NCBI GenBank assembly: GCA_002269645.1
Contig: NIVC01001391.1
Location: 1 to 64,000, forward strand
Direction of reading: 5' to 3'
DNA length: 64,000 bases
DNA from: Macrostomum lignano
Taxonomy: Eukaryota
Shown: positions 12,786 through 23,226 of the stretch, one piece after another
Layout: each line of letters begins with the position of its first letter
How positions within the stretch are numbered: the stretch's first letter is position 1
Program-made: the position numbers and the translations under genes
The notes under the pieces: model-generated
What the model saw: the letters and a program-made list of their open reading frames with translations, nothing else
What the model was told of the DNA's origin: nothing
The model's database searches: none

Positions 12786-14135
12786 GCTCTTCAATATGTA
12801 GCTGAGAGCCGCAGGTGCGAGCGTATTTTTTTATTAACCCAACCTTTGCACCGGATTTGATTGCGCTGCAGACGAGCAAATTGAATGAAATATAAAAGTG
12901 CGATGCACTTTGGGGCTGGCTGGGGGGTTGGCGTGCGTGGCAAGGTCTGGCTTTGTGCGTACCCCTCCCCAGCCGTGCGCCCTGGCCCGTGCTCTGAGTT
13001 GGTTGGCTGCGACCCTCTCAAAAGGCGGGGTTTTGATTGGCTGGCCGGGCCGCGTCTTTTTTCTTGGTGAGCTTAGCCGGTGGGACCGTCTGTCCCCCAG
13101 GCCTGTGTCGGTATTGATTATCGTGCGCTCTTGTTTTTCCTTCTCGCGCCCGCTTTTCTTTTGCGACGCCACACGACTCACAGCGTCTGAGCAATTCTCC
13201 GAGTCAGTTTCAGTTAAAATTAAACAGGCGAAATACTTAAGTTACCCCGATATCGGGCCAGAAAAGTAAATAGTAGACATCGACTCGAAGCCAAAAGATC
13301 AGCAAGTCCAGCACCGCTCTGAGACCTACGAGCAAGTCCGCCCCTGTTCTGATCAGTTAGCGTCACCGTTCGGTAACTCGGCCACTGATAAGCCGCCTGC
13401 TTTGAGTTACTCATTCTTTTCTGGGATGCCTGTTAGGCTACAGTAACTTCTTGCCAGAGCGTCATAACGCCAGGGAGAGCATATACCAGACCTTTACAAC
13501 GCGAGTTTTGAGCGTCATCACGCCAAAACGAGTAACTTCGTACACAGAGCGTCGTGACGCCTGTTAGCAGTTATATCACATTGGCAGAGTGTCACAACGC
13601 CCGCTGGTACCACCTTATAGTACGAGTACTTGGGCTGGGCACTCGAACCGACCCAAGTCACTGCACTAGACATAATTAACATGTTGTCTATTAGTAGACA
13701 TTATAATATTTTTACGATTGCATACTTTGGTCCAAAAAGGTATTGCCCGCATCTGCTTGCTGGCCAGCTCAAACTCCGATCTGACTCCAAGTTAGCGAGA
13801 TAGCGCTGAAAGTATAATTCTATTCATTAATTAAACTCCAAGCCATATTTTTACGAGCATAGCTTACCTATGCTCCAAGCGTGATAATGCAGGCCGGGCC
13901 TTGCTCCAGTACATTGGGCTGGTAACCATGCAGCTATCAGTTAGCACAAGTTGAATAAGTGGATAGCTAACCTAAAGTTTTTGGCCAACCTTATCTACCG
14001 TCTGAATTATTTCTCAATACTACTCTCTCTCTTCGGTTCCACTTGAAAAGGCTTCAATAGTTGCAGTTCTGGCTCTGCAGTGTTGCTGCATGGTGCCAGT
14101 TACCCTCTGGAGCAGAGTGCTCACTCGTTTGCACC

Positions 14136-17100
14136 ATGGGCTGCGGTGCCAGTGCGGCCCAGCCGCCTCCTTCGGTAAGTAAATCGTACACCTCAGTAGC
14201 CTAAGTCGCGAGCTCGATCAAGTTCTGTCGAGTCGAAGGTGCGCGGGTGATTAGCATCGGTGTTTGAAAGTGCCCACAGGAGCTGAGAGTCGCAGGAGCT
14301 GAGAGTCACAAGAGCTGAGAGTCACACGAGCTGAGAGTCACGGGAGCTGAGAGTCACAAGAGCTGAGAGTCACACGAGCTGAGAGTCACACGAGCTGAGG
14401 TTGAGAGTCACAGGAGCTGAGAGTCACAGGAGCTGAGAGTCACAGGAGCTGAGAGTCACAAGAGCTGAGAGTCAAGGGAGCTGAGAGTCACAGGAGCTGA
14501 GAGTCAAGGGAGCTGAGAGTCACAGGAGCTGAGAGTCACGGGAGCTGAGAGTCACGGGAGCTGAGAGTCACAAGAGCTGAGAGTCACAGGAGCTGAGAGT
14601 CACAGGAGCTGAGAGTCACGGGAGCTGAGAGTCACAAGAGCTGAGAGTCACAGGAGCTGAGAGTCACAGGAGCTGAGAGTCACGGGAGCTGAGAGTCACA
14701 AGAGCTGAGAGTCACACGAGCTGAGGTTGAGAGTCACAGGAGCTGAGAGTCACAGGAGCTGAGAGTCACAGGAGCTGAGAGTCACAGGAGCTGAGGTCGC
14801 AAGAGCTGAGAGTCACAAGAGCTGAGAGTCACAGGAGCTGAGAGTCACAGGAGCTAGTGAAACAGTAAAGCTTTCACTTCTCCTTCATTTAATAAGCTCG
14901 GGCCTCTTGTGCCGATCGGGGATCAGCCGGACCTGCGCTCGCTCGGACGCATCGACGAGCACATCAAGCTGGTGAGTATTAGCTCACTCTCAACCCACCG
15001 TGATTAGATCACTCTCTGTAAACCGTGATTAGATCACTCTCTGTCCACCGTGGTTAGATCACTCTCAACCCACCGTGGTTAGATCACTCTCAACCCACTG
15101 TGGTTAGATCACTCTCAACCCACCGTGGTTAGATCACTCACAACCCACCGTGGTTAGATCACTATCTGTCCACCGTGGTTAGATCACTCTCTGTCCACCG
15201 TGGTTAGATCACTCTCAACCCACTGTGGTTAGATCACTCTCAACCCACCGTGGTTAGATTACTCTCAACCCACCGTGGTTAGATCACTCTCAACCCACTG
15301 TGGTTAGATCACTCTCAACCCACTGTAGTTAGATCACTCTCAACCCACTGTGGTTAGATCACTCTCAACCCACCGTGGCTAATCATTAGAAACCCACCGC
15401 TAAATCTTAAAGAACCAGCCCGAACAACCCCGCAGGCTCCACCGGAAGCCGCGCAGACGCTGCAATCGCTGGCTGCCTACATAGAGTCCGCTGCCAGCAC
15501 CGATATGGAGAAGGTTCGCGCAGTTTACATGTGGATCACCGGAAACATTACGTGAGGCTGCTTCATTTTAGTTATCTTAAGTTGTAAATTTGCACATACT
15601 CTATGTACTACTAAAAGGGGTTGCAAGTTAAGCAGAGTTAATTGTGGCTAGTACGCAGCTGAATAGGTTCCCCGAAGGCAGCCAAAGTGATGCTTGATGC
15701 TTGTCTACAAGTCGCACTCCTGCGATAGGACAGCAGCTCTAAGTTGCTGTACGCAGCCTCCCCTGGTGCATCAATGCCTCATCAAAAATCAACGCCCGAT
15801 TACCAAAATAATAGAAGCCGGTGTGATAAAGATCTTGGATGATAACATCCTCTACTCTACTTGTACCTGCAGACTCGACTCCAGTGAGACGAAGGCCCAA
15901 CTGTCACTGCGAGATGCCGAGTCCGCGCTCCAGCGTGGTACCGGAGCAAAGAATGAATTCAACTTCATTGCGCACTGCCTGCTCAGGTAAGGCACGAGCA
16001 CAGGATATTGTTAATCTTCTGTCTGTGTCCTGACAGCGCCCTCATACTTTTAAATCTAAATCTTTTCATAGAATCTTTGGCGTAGCGTCCAAGCAGATCA
16101 CCGGGTTCGCCAAGGACTTCGGCTACAGCCCGTTGAAAGCCCTGACAGTGGACACTCGAGTCAACCACGACTGGCTGGCGGTGCGGGTGGACGGCAAGTG
16201 GGGCTTCATAGACTGCCTGCTGGGCTCCGGCTGCTTCTCCGACAGCGGCGTCTTCCAGAGACGCCGGACCGACTTTTATTTTCTGCCTGCTCCCGAGGTC
16301 TTTCTGAACGACCACTTCCCGCTCCTAAACTCGAATCCCGAGGCCAGCAAGCCGTGGCAGCTCATGAAGGATCCCATCGACCTTAAGACCTTTCACAGCC
16401 GAGTCAGGCGGCGGGAGGCCTGCTACCGGCTGGGCGTGCAGCTGAGGTCCCACAGCAGCGCCCTGATTGACAGCTCCGGCCAGATGAAGCTGCGGTTCTG
16501 GGCGGCCCAAAATCCGCTGAGCCACTTCGGCGCCGCGTTCTTCAACGTGGAAACAGGCGAGAGGTGCCGCAGCAGCCTGGCGGCCGCTGTGCTGGACTGG
16601 CGCTGCCAGGAGGCCGTGGTGCTCGCCCGCGTGCCCACTAGCGGCACTTACTGGGAGCTCCGGCTGTTTGCCGCCATTGAGTTGACCTCTGCCGAAGATG
16701 CTCACCTCGAGTGGCTGACGTCCTTCTACCTGAAATCCAGTGGGCCTGTGGACAAAGAACCGTTCCCGGACTTTGACGGCTTCTACGGCGCGAAGCTTGA
16801 CCCGCACATTTTCGGCTTCAAGAAAGAATTCGGCTCCAGCGACGGCTTCTGCATCGAGGTGGACGGCGGCGAGTGCAGCTTGCGCTTCCCCACCTACATG
16901 CCTGTGCGGGTGAGCCCCACTCTGCAGTTCGCCAAGGCCCTGGACCAGCAAAGCAGCAGCTGCTCGGTGGAGATGGACTACCTGATGCTCACCGTGAGGA
17001 TTAGAATGAGCAGAGCGGGGTTTTACCGCCTGACTCTGAACTGCAAAGACATCTACTCGGTCTCGAGCGCGTACACCGAGTTCGCCAACTTCCTTATTCG

Positions 17101-17922
17101 CTGCAAAAAACCGCTACCGAAGCTGGTCGCATTTCCCCGCTTGTGGCACCACAGACACCTGGTGAAGCTGGTGTCCCACACGGAAGAATCGATCCAAGTA
17201 GACACTGAGGCGGTGCTGAAGTTCAAAGGCACGGGAAAGCCGCTGAAGCAGTTCATTGCCCGGTTCGTTCACCGAGAACTGGGCAGCGAGTGAGCGGCCA
17301 GCACATTGCAGCGGTGCTGGACTATCGCCGGAACGAAGCAACCGTGACGGCGAGACCGCCAACAAGCGGCACCTTCTGGGAGCTGCAGGTCTTTGCCAGC
17401 ACTGACGATGAGGCCAGCGCGTCAGACGTGATCGCCTCCTATCAGATCCTGGCCCGCCAGACCTCCTCCGCCAGTCCGTTCCCCGACTTCAGCGGCTTCT
17501 ACGGCCTCTGCAGCAGTCCTCGAAAGTTCGGCTTCTCCGCCAACTTCGGCGACTCGCAGGAGTTTTGGTTGAAAACTGCAGTCGGCGAGTTCGAGCTGCG
17601 CCTGCCGACGCTGGGGACGGTCCGAGCGATGGCAGTGCTGAAGCCGGCGCTGAAGGACCGGACGGAGCAGCAGCTCTGCACCGTAGAGTCCAACAGCAGG
17701 CTGCTCTCCATCAGGACGCGGATTCTGCGGCCGGGCTTCTACCGGCTGACTCTGAGCTGCGCGGAGGCGGACGAGCCCAGCTCCTTCGCGGCGCTGGCCA
17801 ACTTCTTGGTCGAGTGCGCAGCAGCGTCCAGCTCGGAGCCGCAGCCGGGACGACAGCGGGCGGACTCAAAGTTGTGGCGGCTGAGCGACACGGACTCAGG
17901 CGTGGCCTACGATGACTGGTGA
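14136..17922 (+). CDS. KY/hillarin-family paralog 2, probable pseudo-peptidase (about 731 aa; one apparent 1-bp frameshift near 17290)
   Basis: Exons 14136-14174 (MGCGASAAQPPPS), 14897-14971, 15436-15551, 15873-15986 and 16072-17922, with the same core intron positions and phases as paralog 1. Motifs DMEKVRAVYMWIT, HDWLAV, FIDCLLGSG, FLNDHFP and WQLM. The catalytic Cys position is Lys. Exon sum is 2195 nt, one base short of a multiple of 3. Confidence 0.82.
14279..14855. repeat. 16-bp minisatellite (CAGGAGCTGAGAGTCA), about 36 copies, KY2 intron 1
   Basis: Direct tandem copies. Confidence 0.95.
14983..15380. repeat. 25-bp minisatellite (CAACCCACCGTGGTTAGATCACTCT), about 16 copies, KY2 intron 2
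   Basis: Direct tandem copies starting about 11 nt after the donor. Confidence 0.95.
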
Positions 17923-18211
17923 TGACGCCGCCCCGAGTTGATGAGGTGGAAATTCAGCCTCCCAAAGACCACTGGAAGAAGAAGTAACTGACAATTAAAG
18001 GGTTTTTTAAATGTGTTGAAAGTTTTAAAAACTTAAAGTGCATCGGTGAGATCGGTAGGCTCAGGCCTAAGGCTTCGCCCCCACACCCCCATCCCAACTT
18101 CAACCATAGACATACAAGTATGGCTCCGGGATTTATCTGAATACATCCCGCAAAATTAAAGTAGTTTAATCACATACCGACCTCAAACCCATAGAATATC
18201 TTATACTTAGA

Positions 18212-18385
18212 ACCAGTAGCCTAATAGTTAGGGCCTCGTACTCACGAGTTGAAGGTCGAGGGTTCGATTCGGGATCCCTCTCGGAACAATTTGTGTCCTT
18301 GAGCAAGAACAGCCGTACGCAGCCATCAGATGCGCCGCGCAATAGCTGCGGCTGAGCTGTCAGTTGCACATCTGTCCATTAGGGC
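18212..18385 (+). mobile_element. tRNA-derived SINE, internally deleted copy
   Basis: A-box-like TAGCCTAATAGTTAGG and B-box GGTTCGATTC, then GTGTCCTTGAGCAAGA. The 3' tail CAGATGCGCCGCGCAATAGCTGCGGCTGAGCTGTC is shared with the copy at 30737-31004. Confidence 0.72.
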
Positions 18386-19235
18386 AGGTGTAATCAATTA
18401 TTATATTATTTTTTTCAATTGAGAAAATATTATATGCGTTACATAGTGCCGTCTGTCTTACATGAGGCTGTGATTATTCTACAATATGATTTGCTGGATT
18501 TTTCTGTCGCTGCACACTACTTTATTTGTATGTCCATAAATCTCTTACTGTTAGTAGGCAGTATAGCGCATAATTTTGTAGAAAATCGACGTTGATTTTC
18601 TCGATTCTCTTCACGTCCAGTCTGTCTTTCCTCGATGCTGAAGCGTTGGCGTTTGAGTGCTGCGATGCGAGCGACACCTCTGAGCTGACTAAACCGCAAA
18701 GGTCGCTGACTAGGGGATCTTTGCCAGACCAGTCAGAGGACGGAATGATTAATGCCTCTCCCCCATGATTTCGGTTACTCAATCAGTCAGGCAGAGGGTC
18801 GCCCGCCCAAATCACTTCAATGCAGACCTGCCCTGCCCATGCAGCTCGCGCATGATGCACTTTTCAGCTGAGCCCAGCCGGGGCCTGGGAGATGAAATCC
18901 CGCGAACAGTCTGGCCCAGAGGGCTGGCTGGGAGAGGGGGAGATGGGTGGGAGGAACCGAGAGGCCGGGGTGTCCCATTACACAAAGACCGCCAGCGGGG
19001 CAGCTGCTTTGAGAAGTCGTGGCGCAAATTGGGTTTCCCTTCAGAGCTGCAGCTGCCGCTGAACATCTGCTGGGAGCTGAGGCTGCGTGACCCCCGCCCG
19101 CCCCCTCCTGCTCATTCCCTCCGGATTTCATGCCGAATAGCGCTGCACGAGAGAGCGCCTCTGATTGCTTGCCGAATGCCAAATGTGAATTTTTGAGGTT
19201 CTACTTTGAACTGACTTAACAACTTTCGCCTCCCT

Positions 19236-19750
19236 GCACCAGGAATCAGGTTCCCTGCACCAGGAATCAGGTTCCCTGCGGCACCAGGAATCAGGTTCCC
19301 TGTGGCACCAGGAATCAGGTTCCCTGTGGCACCAGGAATCAGGTTCCCTGCGGCACCAGGAATCAGGTTCCCTGTGGCACCAGGAATCAGGTTCCCTGCA
19401 CCAGGAATCAGGTTTCCTGCACCAGGAATCAGGTTCCCTGCACCAGGAATCAGGTTCCCTGCGGCACCAGGAATCAGGTTCCCTGCACCAGGAATCAGTT
19501 TCCCTGTGGCACCAGGAATCAGGTTCCCTGCACCAGGAATCAGGTTCCCTGCACCAGGAATCAGGTTTCCTGCACCAGGAATCAGGTTCCCTGCGGCACC
19601 AGGAATCAGGTTCCCTGCGGCACCAGGAATCAGGTTCCCTGCACCAGGAATCAGGTTCCCTGCGGCACCAGGAATCAGGTTCCCTGCACCAGGAATCAGT
19701 TTCCCTGTGGCACCAGGAATCAGGTTCCCTGCGGCACCAGGAATCAGGTT
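19236..19750. repeat. 21/24-bp minisatellite (CACCAGGAATCAGGTTCCCTG +/- CGG/TGG)
   Basis: Direct tandem copies with two length variants. Confidence 0.95.
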
Positions 19751-19799
19751 TCTTGAATCTTGAGGATCTGACTCTCACACTGCGACCCCGCTGCCAGGT

Positions 19800-20185
19800 T
19801 CTCAATACCCGTTACCAGATTCCCAATACCCTCCATCAGGTTCCCAATACCCTCTATCAGGTTCCGAATACCCTCTATCAGATTCACAATACCCTCTATC
19901 AGATTCACAATACCCTCTATCAGATTCACAATACCCTCTATCAGATTCACAATACCCTCTATCAGATTCACAATACCCTCTATCAGATTCACAATACCCT
20001 CTATCAGATTCACAATACCCTCTATCAGATTCACAATACTCTCTATCAGATTCCCAATACCCTCTATCAGATTCACAATACCCTCTATCAGATTCACAAT
20101 ACCCTCTATCAGATTCACAATACCCTCTATCAGATTCACAATACCCTCTATCAGATTCACAATACCCTCTATCAGGTTCCCAAAA
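19800..20185. repeat. 21-bp minisatellite (CCCTCTATCAGATTCACAATA), about 18 copies
   Basis: Direct tandem copies. Confidence 0.95.
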
Positions 20186-20626
20186 CCCATAATCTAATCT
20201 CTCACCCGGACTCAGGTTAGAAAAATTCAAGAACCAATGTGCACACTCTGTGATCTCAATTATCAAACCGCAATAATTTACTGTACAAAATTCAGCTAAA
20301 ATTATGAAAACGATAAATTAACTACCAAAATCATTTGCATGTAAAGTTGTATTCTTGAAAATCAGCGTGTACAATCTTTGTGATCTGAGCTCGCGTTCCG
20401 ACTCGGAGCAACTGTCGGAATATCTGGGCAGTCAGAAGTGAATTGCAGTTGAATATCTTCTAGGACCATGGGGTCTGTTTGACGCATTTTACCACAATAG
20501 TTACAATACAAGTCTACAAAGTATGATAGAAATTTGGGTAAACAGCTGCAGAGAATTCAACAGTGGCAATTCTGGCCTTCGTATTTTAGAATGAAAATTG
20601 TGAAAATTGCTCTCTCTGATAGCTGA

Positions 20627-21595
20627 GGGTCAGGGACATCTGGGGTGGGCGAGGGCCAGGGACATCTGGGGTGGGCGAGGGCCAGGGACATCTGGGGTGG
20701 GCGAGGGCCAGGGACATCTGGGGTGGGCGAGGGCCAGGGACATCTGGGGTGGGCGAGGGTCAGGGACATCTGGGGTGGGCGAGGGTCAGGGACATCTGGG
20801 GTGGGCGAGGGCCAGGGACATCTGGGGTGGGCGAGGGCCAGGGACATCTGGGGTGGGCGAGGGCCAGGGACATCTGGGGTGGGCGAGGGCCAGGGACATC
20901 TGGGGTGGGCGAGGGCCAGGGACATCTGGGGTGGGCGAGGGCCAGGGACATCTGGGGTGGGCGAGGGCCAGGGACATCTGGGGTGGGCGAGGGCCAGGGA
21001 CATCTGGGGTGGGCGAGGGTCAGGGACATCTGGGGTGGGCGAGGGTCAGGGACATCTGGGGTGGGCGAGGGCCAGGGACATCTGGGGTGGGCGAGGGCCA
21101 GGGACATCTGGGGTGGGCGAGGGCCAGGGACATCTGGGGTGGGCGAGGGCCAGGGACATCTGGGGTGGGCGAGGGCCAGGGACATCTGGGGTGGGCGAGG
21201 GCCAGGGACATCTGGGGTGGGCGAGGGCCAGGGACATCTGGGGTGGGCGAGGGCCAGGGACATCTGGGGTGGGCGAGGGCCAGGGACATCTGGGGTGGGC
21301 GAGGGCCAGGGACATCTGGGGTGGGCGAGGGCCAGGGACATCTGGGGTGGGCGAGGGCCAGGGACATCTGGGGTGGGCGAGGGCCAGGGACAGGTGGGGT
21401 GGGTGAGGGTCAGGGACATCTGGGGTGGGTGAGGGTCAGGGACATCTGGGGTGGGTGAGGGTCAGGGACAGGTGGGGTGGGTGAGGGTCAGGGACATCTG
21501 GGGTGGGTGAGGGTCAGGGATATCTGGGGTGGGTGAGGGCCAGGGATATCTGGGGTGGGTGAAGGTCAGGGGCATCCGGGGTGGGTGAGGGGTCA
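20627..21595. repeat. 26-bp G-rich minisatellite (GGGACATCTGGGGTGGGCGAGGGCCA), about 37 copies
   Basis: Direct tandem copies with four G-tracts per unit. Confidence 0.97.
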
Positions 21596-21729
21596 GCTCT
21601 AGCTAACTAATTGCACAATAATTTTCGCAATGTTTTTAAACAAAAATTAAAATGGAAAACACAGAAACGCAAAGATACGATAAAAAATATACAAGTGTCT
21701 TTCAGCCATAATCGGCAATCAGGGTTACC

Positions 21730-22090
21730 GGAAACGGGGAAACGGGAAATCTTGGGAACCGGAAAAGGGGAACCGGAAACGGGGAATCTGGAAATCTTTG
21801 GAATCGGAAATTGTGATAATCGAAAACAGGGAACCGTAAACTGGGAAACTGGGAACCGGAAACGGGGAACCGGAAACGGGGAACCGGAAACGGGGAACCG
21901 GAAACTGGGAACCGGAAACGGGGAACCGGAAACTGGGAACCGGAAACGGGGAACCGGAAACGGGGAACCGGAAACTGGGAACCGGAAACGGGGAACCGGA
22001 AACTGGGAACCGGAAACGGGGAACCGGAAACTGGGAAACGGGGAATCGGAAACGGGGAACCGGAAGCGGGGGACCGGAAACGGGGAATAG
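21730..22090. repeat. 14-bp minisatellite (CCGGAAAC[G/T]GGGAA)
   Basis: Direct tandem copies, degenerate at the left end. Confidence 0.9.
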
Positions 22091-22346
22091 GACACAGAAA
22101 TTTGGGAATCGGAGGAATCCTAAAAGGGATATTTGCGCCAGATCTACCGTAAATTCCACGAGGAGAATTGGTACTGTTAGGTTATGCACAGCATTGCGCA
22201 AGCACTCCGAGAAACGGGATGGATAACAGTGCAGCAACTTGCTGGTAAGCGAAATCGTACACAAAATGCCGGCAGCACAAATTCAAACACATTTTAGCAT
22301 CACAAATGACAATCTGATAGTCAGAGTTAATTTTTTATTCATATCT

Positions 22347-22835
22347 AGCTGTTAGATAGCGGCTGCTGCAGCTGTTAGATAGCGGCTTCTGCAGCTGTTA
22401 GATAGCGGCTGCTGCAGCTGTTAGATAGCGGCTTCTACAGCTGTTAGATAGCGGCTGCTGCAGCTGTTAGATAGCGGCTTCTACAGCTGTTAGATAGCGG
22501 CTGCTGCAGCTGTTAGATAGCGGCTTCTGCAGCTGTTAGATAGCGGCTGCTGCAGCTGTTAGATAGCGGCTTCTACAGCTGTTAGATAGCGGCTGCTGCA
22601 GCTGTTAGATAGCGGCTTCTACAGCTGTTAGATAGCGGCTTCTGCAGCTGTTAGATAGCGGCTTCTACAGCTGTTAGATGGCAGCTGCTGCAGCTGTTAG
22701 ATAGCGGCTTCTGCAGCTGTTAGATAGCGGCTTCTGCAGCTGTTAGATAGCGGCTTCTGCAGCTGTTAGATAGCGGCTTCTACAGCTGTTAGATGGCAGC
22801 TGCTGCAGCTGTTAGATAGCGGCTTCTGCAGCTGA
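22347..22835. repeat. 23-bp minisatellite (GCTGTTAGATAGCGGCT[G/T]CT[G/A]CA), about 21 copies
   Basis: Direct tandem copies. Confidence 0.95.
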
Positions 22836-23226
22836 CAGAAAAACAGAAAGCCAAACGTATTTGTTAAAATGTTTTCAAACCCAAGTCCCCAACACGATCA
22901 CAGAAAATCACAGAATGAGACTAGAAACGGAGACAGGACTTATGCAGGACAAAAAAACGGTGCAAAGCATTGCCGAAAAACATTTGCGTCATTAATTTTG
23001 AGACAGAGACAGGGCTAATATTGGACAGCAATAGACTTAGTCAGTTCTACAGAACACCCAGACAGAACGCATAATTTACAAATCAGAAAATTGATATTGT
23101 TCAAGATTGAACAATGTTTCTATCACGTCGAGGAAGGTAGGAAGTACACAATGTACCTTTACACACTGGAGCAGGGGCACTTGAGCTGCTCAGCGTGGAG
23201 TCAGCCTTGAGTGTCGCCACACTGAG

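Noticed and set aside
17285-17295. Programmed ribosomal frameshift or micro-intron in KY2
   Set aside because: There is no slippery heptamer, and GTGAGCGGCCAG would be a 12-nt intron, far below the other introns here. A sequence error is simpler.
18522-18782. Minus-strand exon candidate (..KRIEKINVDFLQNYALYCLLT|GTAAGA)
   Set aside because: It has plausible splice signals, but two frames are open, no family is recognised and no partner exons were found.
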